Shown here in pieces: positions 8,061 through 17,248 of a DNA stretch of 19,524 nt. The DNA lies in assembly GCA_044869275.1 (NCBI GenBank), contig JBIOXB010000160.1, positions 1 to 19,524 of the forward strand, written 5' to 3'. This DNA comes from a bacterium. GTDB lineage: Bacteria; Zhuqueibacterota; Zhuqueibacteria; Zhuqueibacterales; Zhuqueibacteraceae. The notes under the pieces are model-generated. The model was not told the origin of the DNA and did not search any database. It was given only the letters and a program-made list of their open reading frames with translations. Every line of letters starts with the position of its first letter. Positions within the stretch are counted from its first letter, which is position 1. Both the position numbers and the translations under genes were made by a program.

Positions 8061-9703
8061 CTGAGGTCCTTCTGAAAATCAGCAAGCTCCGACCGCAGCA
8101 TTTCGGTGAATTCCTGCCTTTTGTCGGTGAGATGCCAGGCCTCGGTCACGATTTTCCGGCGAGACTCCCGTCCCTGGTTCAGCTCGATCAGAACCACAGT
8201 GCTGGTAAAAAGGTTGTATTTTTTTCTCAGTGCTTGATATTTTGGGAGCTCCATATTCAACAGACGAAACGCGATCTTCCCTTCCTGAAGAGCGTTTGAG
8301 AAATAGGTATCGAGTGTTTCTTTCGTATGTTCTTCCATGTCGCGGCAAAATGCACAACGTTGAGTGCGATGAAATTGCAGGACGAGCAACCCGTTCTGAA
8401 ATGGCAAGTCAAGCTCTTCAACCAGGTTCATATTTGAGGAAGCAATCGTGCTGTCAGATCCTTGGTTAAGCTCAGGCATAAAAAGCCTGACCAGGCTTAC
8501 GGCCACGAACAGCAGCAGGCTCCAGCGTAACGCCTTAATCCAAAAACCCTGACTCGATCTATTTTGCTTTGAGAAATGCTCTTTGATGCGCTGGCGGAAT
8601 TCATGTTTTATTCTGAAACCCGGCTGCGCTTTTCCCAGTTTTATCTCTCCGGCGAATGCGTAAATGTTTACAGGACAGGCATCGGGATTCTTGTTATCCA
8701 AACGCGCCGCTTGTAAAACGCCGGCTTCTACCAGGCGATTGGCTGCGGTTACGCCATCGGAAGGACAGCAGCCCTCCATTTCTCTGGCATCACTGCCGGT
8801 GATGATGAAATATTCCGAATCAGATGCGATGAGATTGAGCAGTCGTTGTTTCATCTCAGGCGGCGTTTCATCCAGCGCCGTCAAATCGCTTATTGCAGAT
8901 AGATTGGAATGTATGTCAATTATCGGCGCGTCCAGCAGACACATCGTTCCGCGCTCGCCGTAGGCCCTGACAAAATTTTCCGCCTCCTTCGCGCCCTCAG
9001 CCAAATCGCCTTCCAGCAAAATGCCGCCATCTGATTTGATTAGTCTATTCGCCGTGGTTTTTGAAGCTCGCGTGGGCATTCCCCGGCGGACAATGGCGCC
9101 ATCTGCCCTGATCAGACTTCTGAACGGCCCCGGATAGAGGAGGGCTGAAGATAACTCTTCAGAAACCTGAGGCAACGATACGGAAGCATAAAGTCTTTCG
9201 GTATCCGATGCAAACGTGTCACAATCAAAAAGAGCAGGTTCTGTCTTAAGGCGGGCAATGAGCTCGGGATTCCCTTTTGTCACCGCTACTGCTTTTTGGT
9301 ACACAGGAAGCTGATAAACATTCGCCGTCTTTTCGCACACGCGGACTTTTCCAAACAGCAGATGGCCATCATCATCAAGCGCTGCCAGGGCGCCGCCGCG
9401 GTAAAGCGCCGATCTGCCGGTGTCATAGCAAGCGCCTGCTTTTCCCTTGCAGGCAATGATCCTGAGACCCCGAGTGAGGTGATTTTGCGGATGAATAATG
9501 ATGCCAACAAATCCGGAGATGTCGAGAGTTTGAATGATAGAGAGTAGGTTCGATAAAGAGCATGCAATCTCAAGCATGCCCCTGGCCGGAAGAGCGTCAT
9601 AAGCAGCGGAAATCTCACTTTCATCAGGGCAATTCAGAGTCAAGCAATTGCCCAGGAATTCTTTTGTGCTTAATGTTCCCGGTGCCGTTATCATGTTTTC
9701 CAC
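8057..9703 (-). CDS. Fusion protein: ArsM-C-terminal-like repeats + TM helix + ArsF-like thioredoxin-fold domain
   Basis: N-part has KGKAGAC...ALYRGG..ALDDDGH..VRVCEKT and a second LLYPGPF..ADG..VRRG repeat; then TM helix LRWSLLLFVAVSLVRLF; C-part has FHRTQRCAFC..LQEGKIAF..VTEAWHL. GTG start with an AAGGGA RBS. Confidence 0.7.
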   Translation of the reverse strand: MENMITAPGTLSTKEFLGNCLTLNCPDESEISAAYDALPARGMLEIACSLSNLLSIIQTLDISGFVGIIIHPQNHLTRGLRIIACKGKAGACYDTGRSALYRGGALAALDDDGHLLFGKVRVCEKTANVYQLPVYQKAVAVTKGNPELIARLKTEPALFDCDTFASDTERLYASVSLPQVSEELSSALLYPGPFRSLIRADGAIVRRGMPTRASKTTANRLIKSDGGILLEGDLAEGAKEAENFVRAYGERGTMCLLDAPIIDIHSNLSAISDLTALDETPPEMKQRLLNLIASDSEYFIITGSDAREMEGCCPSDGVTAANRLVEAGVLQAARLDNKNPDACPVNIYAFAGEIKLGKAQPGFRIKHEFRQRIKEHFSKQNRSSQGFWIKALRWSLLLFVAVSLVRLFMPELNQGSDSTIASSNMNLVEELDLPFQNGLLVLQFHRTQRCAFCRDMEEHTKETLDTYFSNALQEGKIAFRLLNMELPKYQALRKKYNLFTSTVVLIELNQGRESRRKIVTEAWHLTDKRQEFTEMLRSELADFQKDLR

Positions 9704-9743
9704 CGTAGTCCCTTAAAACTTAAATCTGTGCTTTTTTAGCAAA

Positions 9744-9829
9744 GAAATTCAAAATCCAAAGCACAAAATTCAATGCCCCTTTTGGATTTTGTGCTTTGAC
9801 CTTTGGGTTTCCGGCTCGTCCGGCTTAGG
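9744..9829. repeat. Palindrome of seven-nt units followed by a mini-hairpin tail
   Basis: 9744-9773 vs 9782-9811 form a 24/30 inverted repeat (core CAAAGCACAAAAT/ATTTTGTGCTTTG); units AAATTCA/AAATCCA/AAGCACA; tail CCGG-CTCGT-CCGG-CTTAGG. Confidence 0.8.
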
Positions 9830-10949
9830 CCAGCAATCTTTGCTTTCTTACAACTTCAGCGAGAGTTACGGACAGCGCTTCAATATCATCTTGAGTTGTA
9901 TGGCGCCCCATGGAAATTCGCAGGGTCCCGAGCGCTTCCTGCTCTGAGCGGCCCAAGGCCAGGATAATTCGAGAAGGCCTGAGGTCATTGGAATGGCAAG
10001 CTGAACCGGCGGAAACGGCAAATCCTCTCAGGCTCATTTCCGCCACTAAATTCGTCCCACTTGTTCCCGGAAAAGAGATAGAAACCAGCCCTGGCAAGCC
10101 CTCATCCCGGGAATTCAATGTGAAGGTTTGCGCCTGTTCAGAAAGCTTTCTCAAGAAATGCCCGGACAGTTGCTGAAGCCTATGTGATTCTTCAGCGATT
10201 ACGGCATGACTCGATTCCAGAGCTTTTAAAGCGGCTGCCAATCCGGGAATGTTTTCCGTGCCGGCACGGAGTTGCCGTTCCTGACCACCACCGATGATCT
10301 GTGGAGCCAATTTATCCGTATTGGTCAGAACGCCACCCACGCCCCGCGGTCCGCCGAACTTATGCGAGGAAAAGGTGTAAAAATTCACCGGCACATTCTC
10401 TAAATCGACCTCGATGTGGCCCAGGGCTTGAGCACCGTCACAATGAAAAAGAACTTCCCTTTCCTGGCACAATCTACCGTAGGCTGAAATATCGTGAACC
10501 ACACCGGTTTCGTTGCAGGCATGAACTGCGCTAAAGAGAACCGTGTTCTTTTTTAAAGAGTCCCGAAGCCTGGCTAATGACAGCCGGCCATCTCCTTGCA
10601 GAGGCACAACCTCAACGCGCCTTTTATAATGTTCTCTTGCAAACCAGGCAGACGCATGAACATCGACAACAAGCAGAAGACGTCCTTTGGGATATTTTTC
10701 CATGACTCCGCGGATCACAAGATTATTGGCTTCGGTTGCCCCGGAAGTCAGAATCATTCCGGCTTTTTTCCAATGGCACAATTCCGTGAACCGCTGCTTC
10801 ATTCGTGCCATGGCGTTGTATGCCTCGTTTCCGGGAAGATGGGCCGAGGAAGGATTGCCAAAAAGCTCGGTTGAAGCTTTGGTGAATTCCTCCAAAGCCT
10901 CCGGAAAGGCCGGGCACGAGGAGGCATAATCAAAATAGCGTATAGTCAT
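9825..10949 (-). CDS. iscS: Cysteine desulfurase, group I (IscS/NifS family)
   Basis: YFDYAS, GNPSS, TSGATEANN, NETG, HCDGAQ, SSHKFGGPRGVG (PLP lysine), RAGTEN and SAGSAC (catalytic Cys). Confidence 0.93.
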   Translation of the reverse strand: MTIRYFDYASSCPAFPEALEEFTKASTELFGNPSSAHLPGNEAYNAMARMKQRFTELCHWKKAGMILTSGATEANNLVIRGVMEKYPKGRLLLVVDVHASAWFAREHYKRRVEVVPLQGDGRLSLARLRDSLKKNTVLFSAVHACNETGVVHDISAYGRLCQEREVLFHCDGAQALGHIEVDLENVPVNFYTFSSHKFGGPRGVGGVLTNTDKLAPQIIGGGQERQLRAGTENIPGLAAALKALESSHAVIAEESHRLQQLSGHFLRKLSEQAQTFTLNSRDEGLPGLVSISFPGTSGTNLVAEMSLRGFAVSAGSACHSNDLRPSRIILALGRSEQEALGTLRISMGRHTTQDDIEALSVTLAEVVRKQRLLA

Positions 10950-11121
10950 TGTTCTGAATCGCTCCCACCGTTTGAAGTGAGTGTAACCTCAACAGATTTA
11001 ACCTCAACGATTCATAGAAAGAACTTTGCGTGTCCTTTGCGTCTCTGTCCCAACTTATTCGGGATGCGCTCCTTCTTTTGGGTTGTCCCGTTGTCGGGAT
11101 TCGCGTTGCGATTGACCGGAT

Positions 11122-12735
11122 TCACGTATTGGCGACAGAGAAATCACAGAGACTGTTTTTGAATACCAACGCGCCTGAGGGGCAAGCACTGACGCATTTC
11201 TCAGCGGTTTTCTGAAGTCCATTGCCAAGAGATTCATGCAAAGGCACGTCGACTCTGACATCAAAACCCCGGCCAATGAAAGTCAAGCCCAGCTCCTCGC
11301 CCTCTTTCTCAGTGATACGAACGCATAATCCGCATTGCATGCATTTCCCGGGCTCGTAAACCACGAAAGGATGGTTTGTGACTCTGGTGAGATTTCTTCT
11401 CCCCGTGCCGGTGTACCGTTTCGGATCCGCGCCGTACCGCTCGGCATAGATCCGCAGACTGCAGCCCTCAAAACTGACGCAGCCACACTGCACACAGCGA
11501 TTCGATTCGCGCACTGCTTGCTCGGCAGTGAGGTGGTGACCACTTATGGGTTTTTCGCGCACCGCCTGCCGAAACCTCGCTCCTCTCAAGTCATCCATAG
11601 TTTGAGTGAATGCAGCCAGCTCGTCGTTTCTCAACCGTGCGATGCGGGATTGTGAGCGATTGTTCAATATCGGAATCAACTGACCATGGAGATAGTGATT
11701 TACGGAAATTGCCATCGCGCGACCATGCGCCACCGATCTTACGGCCATTTTGCCCGGATGCACCAGGCCGCCGCCGGCAAAAACGCCGCGTGCGCTGGTC
11801 TCATGAGTATCCGCGTTGATATGAATACCTCTTGCCAAGGTCGCCACTGCAAACCGTTGCAATTCCTCCGGCGGCAGCTCGCCGGTGGCAAGTATGACCG
11901 CATCGAATTCCTGCCTCAACTCTGCCAGGGAGAGCTGTTCGCCTATTGCCCGGCGCATTTCGAGTTGTGCGCCAAGCCTTCTTATGATTTCGATTTCAGC
12001 ATCGAGAATTGGGAGTGGCAGAATGTCGCGCGGGACGCCGTACCTCAGCATGCCGCCGGCTTCTTCATTCTTATCAAAGATGGTGCAGGCATGGCCTTCC
12101 TGAAGCAGGTAGTATGCTGCCGATAAACCCGCCGGCCCGGAGCCGATAATGGCCACTTTTTTTGCCGTGGGCGCTTTGCATTCGGGCAGATACGGCGAAC
12201 CGCTCTTGAGGTCTTCATCCGCAACAAAGCATTTGAGCGCGCAAATGGAAAGAGCAGAGTCGATCGTCCTTCTGCGGCAGCCATGTTCGCAAGGGGCCGA
12301 ACAGATTCGTCCCAAAACAGCAGGAAGCGCAATGTGTGCTTTTACCGTCACCAGGGCCTCGTGCATTCTGCCGGTTTCGATGTGCATGTTCATCAGAGGA
12401 ATATTCATGTGCGCGGGACACGTGCGCTGGCAGGGCCCCAGACAGTCGCCAACATGATCGCTCAGCAACAGTTCCAGCGCGGACTTTCTGGCATGATGAA
12501 CTTTTTCGCTGTCGGTTTCAATGACCATGCCGTCTGCAGCCGGCACTGAGCAAGAGGGCAGCAGTTTTTTGCTTTTGACCTCTTCCACAAGACACAACAT
12601 GCACGAGGTAAAATGGGGATAGCCCTCGAGATAGCACAACGTTGGAATAGAGACGCCGAGTTTTCTCGCCGCCTGGAGTAGATTGGTTCCTGCGGGAACC
12701 TCCACCATTTTTTGATTGATCTGCAAATGAACCAT
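11122..12735 (-). CDS. Fe-S flavoprotein: NuoG/HydA-type 2Fe-2S N-terminus + GltD/NfnB-like Fe-S and FAD domain + C-terminal 4Fe-4S
   Basis: IPTLC..SCMLC..SC, HVGDCLGPCQRTCP, GRICSAPCEHGCRR, VAIIGSGPAGLSAA, GGMLRYGVP, RCVQCGC and CMQCGLC..CPSGAL. ATG 12735 has a GAGG RBS and lies 1 nt after the upstream stop. Confidence 0.88.
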   Translation of the reverse strand: MVHLQINQKMVEVPAGTNLLQAARKLGVSIPTLCYLEGYPHFTSCMLCLVEEVKSKKLLPSCSVPAADGMVIETDSEKVHHARKSALELLLSDHVGDCLGPCQRTCPAHMNIPLMNMHIETGRMHEALVTVKAHIALPAVLGRICSAPCEHGCRRRTIDSALSICALKCFVADEDLKSGSPYLPECKAPTAKKVAIIGSGPAGLSAAYYLLQEGHACTIFDKNEEAGGMLRYGVPRDILPLPILDAEIEIIRRLGAQLEMRRAIGEQLSLAELRQEFDAVILATGELPPEELQRFAVATLARGIHINADTHETSARGVFAGGGLVHPGKMAVRSVAHGRAMAISVNHYLHGQLIPILNNRSQSRIARLRNDELAAFTQTMDDLRGARFRQAVREKPISGHHLTAEQAVRESNRCVQCGCVSFEGCSLRIYAERYGADPKRYTGTGRRNLTRVTNHPFVVYEPGKCMQCGLCVRITEKEGEELGLTFIGRGFDVRVDVPLHESLGNGLQKTAEKCVSACPSGALVFKNSLCDFSVANT

Positions 12736-12736
12736 A

Positions 12737-15103
12737 TCAATGAACCTCAACTGCAGCCTCGGGGCAGACGATTCTGCAACTATCGCATTTGGTGCACGTT
12801 GCTAGATCGATCGCGTGTTTTTCGTATGGTCGGAATGCAATGGCATCTGCCGGACACACCTGAGCGCATTTTGTGCAGCCGATGCAGTTGTCATTGATTG
12901 CATACGCAATCATATCCCGGCATTTGCCGGCAGGGCATTTGCCTTGTATGTGTGATTCATATTCGTGACGAAAATACTTCAATGTGGTCAGAATCGGGTT
13001 GGGCGCGGTTTTGCCCAAGCCGCACACACTTCCCTGTTTAACTTCTCCCGCCAGATGTTCCAATTCCTCCAAATCCGAGGCCTTTCCCTGCCCGGCGCAG
13101 ATGCGCTCCAAGATATCGAGCATTCTCCGCGTTCCGATCCGGCAAAAAGTGCATTTGCCGCAGGATTGATTCTGAGTGAACCTCAGGAAATAACGCGCAA
13201 TATCGACCATGCAGTCAGCATCATCCAGAACGAGCAGCCCGCCGGAACCCATCATGGCGCCGACCTCGAGCAATGCCTCAAAATCGATCGAGGTGTCCGC
13301 CAGCTCGGCGGGAATACAGCCGCCGGAAGGGCCACCAATCTGAACCGCTTTAAATCTCCGCCCCTCTGCGATGCCGCCAATTTCTTCCACAATTTCTCTG
13401 ATGGTCATGCCCATCGGCACTTCGATTAAGCCGCCGCGGGCAATTTTTCCGGCCAGAGAAAATACTTTGGTGCCTTTGCTTTTCTCGGTTCCCAATTCGG
13501 CAAACTTTGGCGCGCCATGCCGCAGGATCCACGGCACCACAGCATAAGTTTCCGTATTATTGACGAGCGTGGGCTTGCCCCATAAGCCTTCATGAGCCGG
13601 ATATGGCGGCCTGAGGTGCGGCATCCCCCGCTTGCCCTCGATCGATTCGATCAAGGCCGTTTCCTCGCCGCAAACGAACGCGCCGGCCCCTTCAGTTATT
13701 TTCAGTTTGAGCGAAAAACCGGTTCCGAGAACACTATCGCCCAACAGTCCCGCTTCTTCACATTTGGCAAGCGCCTCCCGGATTCGCCGGACTGCCAACG
13801 GGTATTCCGCGCGAATGTAAAAGTATCCCTCATGGGCCGCCACCGCATAGGCGGCGATGATCATCCCTTCGATGACACGGAATGGGTACGATTCGAGAAT
13901 CATACGATCCATGAATGCGCCGGGATCGCCTTCGTCGCCATTACAGATGACGTATTTCTGCTCTCCTTTGGCTGCGCGGACAATCGCCCACTTCTGTCCC
14001 GTTGGAAAGCCGGCGCCGCCGCGTCCTCTCAGGCCGCTCTGTTGGATTTCCGTGATGACGCGTTCCGGCGTCAATTCGCGCAGGCATTTTTCGACAGCCT
14101 TGAAGCCATCGCAGCGGCGATATTCATCCAGATCGATCGGGTCAAGAACACCGCTGTGTTCGGTTGCGATATGTTTTTGCCGGCTCAGGAATGCGGCCAC
14201 CGGTTGGTCGCGCACATTCAACGGATAGCGGGTCTCCGGCTTGTCCATGCCATCGAATACGAGGTTTTCCAGGCTTCTTGCTGCACGCTGGTGGAGCCGC
14301 TCGAACCAGCTTCTTGGCTGAAAGTGACGCTGTATGATCTGCTCCACATCATCTGGTCGGACACGGGCATAGTGTGTCGAGGGTTGATCTCCAAGGTTCA
14401 ACTCCACCAGGGGAGTCTGATGACACATCCCGACACATCCGACTCGCTTAACCTCGATTTGAATTCTATTCTTTTCAAGCGAGGCATACAAGGCTTGACG
14501 CACGGCCTCGCTGCCGCTTGCAACGCAGCACGAACCGAGCCCGATGCGAATCTCGCCGCTGACTTTTTGTTTTTTCGTTTTCCCGGAGAATTTTCTCGGA
14601 CGGCCGTTTCGTGATTCACGCAGTAAGAAGTCGTTCAAGCAGCGGTCCACGCTATCCGATGTGACGTGGCCGTAGATAATGTCATCGATTTGAACCACCG
14701 GCGCCAGAGTGCAGCATCCCAGACAGGCAACAGTCTGCACCGTAAACAACCGATCCTGATCCGTATCCTCGCCAGCCTTGATCTTGAGCTCGCTGCGAAT
14801 ATTATCATGAACGAGCTGTGCGCCCTTGACATAACACGCCGTCCCGATACACACATTGATCAAATGTTTTCCGGTTGGCCGATGTCGGAATTGGGAATAG
14901 AAGGTCGAAACCCCAGAGATTGCCGCCGGTGTGATGTCGCTGATTTCGCAAACACGCCGAAGCGCTGCTTGCGGCAAATAACCGTACTTTTTCTGAATCG
15001 CCTGCAGAATCGGAGTCACATTGCCGGCCTCATGCCCGATTTCCGCGACGATGGCATCGACCTCTGTCAGAGCAAGGCTATTGTTAGTATTCGCAGAATC
15101 CAT
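12737..15103 (-). CDS. NuoE-NuoF (HydC-HydB / BfuC-BfuB) fusion NADH-binding flavoprotein
   Basis: CIGTAC/CLGCC 2Fe-2S site, second thioredoxin-like GSCC..GCVGMC, GLRGRGGAGFPTG, CNGDEGDPGAFMDR, GAFVCGEETAL, SCGKCTFCR, and two C-terminal CxxCxxCxxxCP. Alternative TTG start at 15121. Confidence 0.93.
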   Translation of the reverse strand: MDSANTNNSLALTEVDAIVAEIGHEAGNVTPILQAIQKKYGYLPQAALRRVCEISDITPAAISGVSTFYSQFRHRPTGKHLINVCIGTACYVKGAQLVHDNIRSELKIKAGEDTDQDRLFTVQTVACLGCCTLAPVVQIDDIIYGHVTSDSVDRCLNDFLLRESRNGRPRKFSGKTKKQKVSGEIRIGLGSCCVASGSEAVRQALYASLEKNRIQIEVKRVGCVGMCHQTPLVELNLGDQPSTHYARVRPDDVEQIIQRHFQPRSWFERLHQRAARSLENLVFDGMDKPETRYPLNVRDQPVAAFLSRQKHIATEHSGVLDPIDLDEYRRCDGFKAVEKCLRELTPERVITEIQQSGLRGRGGAGFPTGQKWAIVRAAKGEQKYVICNGDEGDPGAFMDRMILESYPFRVIEGMIIAAYAVAAHEGYFYIRAEYPLAVRRIREALAKCEEAGLLGDSVLGTGFSLKLKITEGAGAFVCGEETALIESIEGKRGMPHLRPPYPAHEGLWGKPTLVNNTETYAVVPWILRHGAPKFAELGTEKSKGTKVFSLAGKIARGGLIEVPMGMTIREIVEEIGGIAEGRRFKAVQIGGPSGGCIPAELADTSIDFEALLEVGAMMGSGGLLVLDDADCMVDIARYFLRFTQNQSCGKCTFCRIGTRRMLDILERICAGQGKASDLEELEHLAGEVKQGSVCGLGKTAPNPILTTLKYFRHEYESHIQGKCPAGKCRDMIAYAINDNCIGCTKCAQVCPADAIAFRPYEKHAIDLATCTKCDSCRIVCPEAAVEVH

Positions 15104-15169
15104 TTTGGCATTGCGCAGCAAAAGTTAGAAAAGAATTCTGACTTTTTTAAGCGTCATCAGATAAATTAA

Positions 15170-15278
15170 GGCCAACGGATGGAAAAACGGCCAACGGGTT
15201 TAAACACCTTGTTTTTACTTGTAGTTTTATCAAATGACGATGCGCTTCATCCGTTGGTCGTTTTTTAATCCGTTGGGC
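15170..15278. repeat. 30-bp imperfect inverted repeat of CCAACGG units
   Basis: GGCCAACGGATGGAAAAACGGCCAACGGGT (15170-15199) vs ATCCGTTGGTCGTTTTTTAATCCGTTGGGC (15249-15278). Confidence 0.8.
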
Positions 15279-15393
15279 ATTTTTTTTGAATATAAAGCTG
15301 TCCCGTTTGCGGGACTTCAGTTTTCAGCTTGTCTGAAAATCTGGCGTAGTCTATTGAAAGTGAAATCGTTGCTTTAAAAGCAAAAAAACTTTG

Positions 15394-15513
15394 AACCGCG
15401 AATTAACGTGTCGGCGAGCTCACGTCGAGCCGCTAATGGCCGCTAATTCATTATTCGCGTCAATTCGCGCCCATTCGCGGTTGCCATTTTGGTTGCGGCT
15501 CGACCGCGTTGGG
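15394..15513. repeat. Palindrome of 3+3 ten-nt CGC(G/T)AAT units with a nested 24-nt insert and mini-hairpin tail
   Basis: Right arm ATTCGCGTCA ATTCGCGCCC ATTCGCGGTT; left arm CCGCGAATTA ACG[insert]CTAATGG CCGCTAATTC; tail GCGG-CTCGA-CCGC-GTTGGG. Confidence 0.8.
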
Positions 15514-15530
15514 GCTTTGAGTGTGTCGTT

Positions 15531-17201
15531 TCAATCATTGCTTATACAAAACAGGCTTTTGTCGCCGCGAATGTAAAGCTTGTTACCGACAAATGCCGGC
15601 GAGCTGACGGTCTTCTCGCCGATGGCGAAATCGCCGAGGCTCTTGAATTCTGCTGCAGCTTCAAATATGTGCATGACGCCGCTCCGGTCCAGTGCATAGA
15701 CCCGGTTGCCTGCAATAATCGGTGAAGCATAAAAGCCGCTATTGAATTCGTGAGCCCACAGTTCCTTGCCGCTTTTCGCATCCAGACAGGCGATATAGCC
15801 ATAGTTCGTGGGCAAAAAAACATACTTGTCCGTCGCCACGGGGCTGGCAGCATCGGGAAGTTCATCGTGGTATTCCCAGGCGATTCCCGCGCCATTCTCC
15901 TCTAAGCGGATTCCGAAAGCGCCGGAGTACTCATTCGCCACAAAAACCATCCCCTCAGCGTATGCAGGAGACGGGCCATGTTCGCCTGACAGGCACTTTA
16001 CTCCCCAGAGCTTCACCCCGGTCTTCGGGTCATAAGAATCTACATACTCGCTGTTGGTCACGATCAATTGCGGCCGGTTGCCGGTTTCGATGATGATGGG
16101 AGAAGACCACGAAATCAAATCGCGCTCGACGCGCCAAACCGTGTTTCCGGTCAAAGCCTCCAGGCCCAGCAGCCAGCCGTTCGAGTTTTGATCATATTGC
16201 ACGATGAGCAGGTTGTCGTGCGCTATCAGAGAGGAGGAATGGCCGTAGTGGTTGTCGGGTATTCCCAAATTCCGGGTCCACACCTGATTGCTGTTCATAT
16301 CAAAGCACACGACCTGGCCTGTCGCGAAAATGGCAAATACATATCGGCCGTTGGCGGCCATGGTCGGCGCGGCAAAACCGGTTTCTTTATTCAGTTTGAT
16401 TTCTTTTAGAGCGCCATCTGCATCGTTTGCCTGCCTTTGCCACAGCAATTCTCCACTTTCAGCCTCAAAACAATACACTTCAAGACTTTCCTCATTCCCT
16501 CCCGAAAGAAATATTCTGTCATCCCAAATAACCGGCGAAGAGTGGCCGGGTTTTGGAACCGCAGCTTGCCATTTGATGCCTTGTCCGCTTTCCACCTCCC
16601 AGGCGAGGGGCGCTTGGTCGACCAAGGCGATGCCGTTGCCGCCGGGCCCCCGGAAACCGGGCCAGTTCCTGAGAAAATCTTCTTCAGAGATAGGGGAAAC
16701 GGCTTTATCAAAACCAACGGTGGCAATATCATGGTAAGCGAATCCTGCAAAAATAATCGTGGTTCCCAACAAAACGATTCCGACGCCGATTATCCATTGC
16801 CGTGCTTTGGCGGAGGTATGCCAGGCTTCATTATCCGCAAGTTTCCCCGCTAGCGCCGGCAATGTCTTGCGAGCGCTGCTCATCGTTTTGAGGGCCGCAA
16901 GCAAGAGGATCACACCACCCAACAAAAAGTGAGCGCCGGTTTTCAGTTGCCACTGGCTGACGAAATACGCTTTTCGACTCAGTAAATTCAGCGCACGGAT
17001 TTGATTGCGCAGCTCCTGATTTGCCGGATCCTTTTCCAGTTTTTGCATGAGGGTTGCCAGCGCTTCGCTGTTGAGCGGATCGATTGCTTTTGTCTGTAGA
17101 TAATTGGCAATGATCAGAGCGCAGACAATCAAAGTGAAGGCTGCGGCGCCGTATGCCACGCCGCGGGCCACACTGTAAACGGTTTGCTGGCTAATTTGCA
17201 T
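15531..17201 (-). CDS. Membrane-anchored PQQ-binding-like (BamB-type) beta-propeller protein
   Basis: Three N-terminal hydrophobic helices, then WPGFRGPGGNG, repeated G-x-x-x-W tryptophan-docking motifs and SSPV/SSPI/ASP repeats. Confidence 0.88.
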   Translation of the reverse strand: MQISQQTVYSVARGVAYGAAAFTLIVCALIIANYLQTKAIDPLNSEALATLMQKLEKDPANQELRNQIRALNLLSRKAYFVSQWQLKTGAHFLLGGVILLLAALKTMSSARKTLPALAGKLADNEAWHTSAKARQWIIGVGIVLLGTTIIFAGFAYHDIATVGFDKAVSPISEEDFLRNWPGFRGPGGNGIALVDQAPLAWEVESGQGIKWQAAVPKPGHSSPVIWDDRIFLSGGNEESLEVYCFEAESGELLWQRQANDADGALKEIKLNKETGFAAPTMAANGRYVFAIFATGQVVCFDMNSNQVWTRNLGIPDNHYGHSSSLIAHDNLLIVQYDQNSNGWLLGLEALTGNTVWRVERDLISWSSPIIIETGNRPQLIVTNSEYVDSYDPKTGVKLWGVKCLSGEHGPSPAYAEGMVFVANEYSGAFGIRLEENGAGIAWEYHDELPDAASPVATDKYVFLPTNYGYIACLDAKSGKELWAHEFNSGFYASPIIAGNRVYALDRSGVMHIFEAAAEFKSLGDFAIGEKTVSSPAFVGNKLYIRGDKSLFCISND

Positions 17202-17248
17202 TTGTCTGAATATTTAGGATCGCCGATTAAATAACTTTCTCATTTCCA

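Noticed and set aside
10983..11048. AACCTCAAC x2 and CTTTGCGT x2 between iscS and the Fe-S flavoprotein
   Set aside because: Possibly a degenerate periodic palindrome, but arm complementarity is too weak to support.
13592..14614. 340-aa plus-strand ORF and the other long antisense ORFs
   Set aside because: Shadows of well-supported minus-strand genes, with no motifs of their own.
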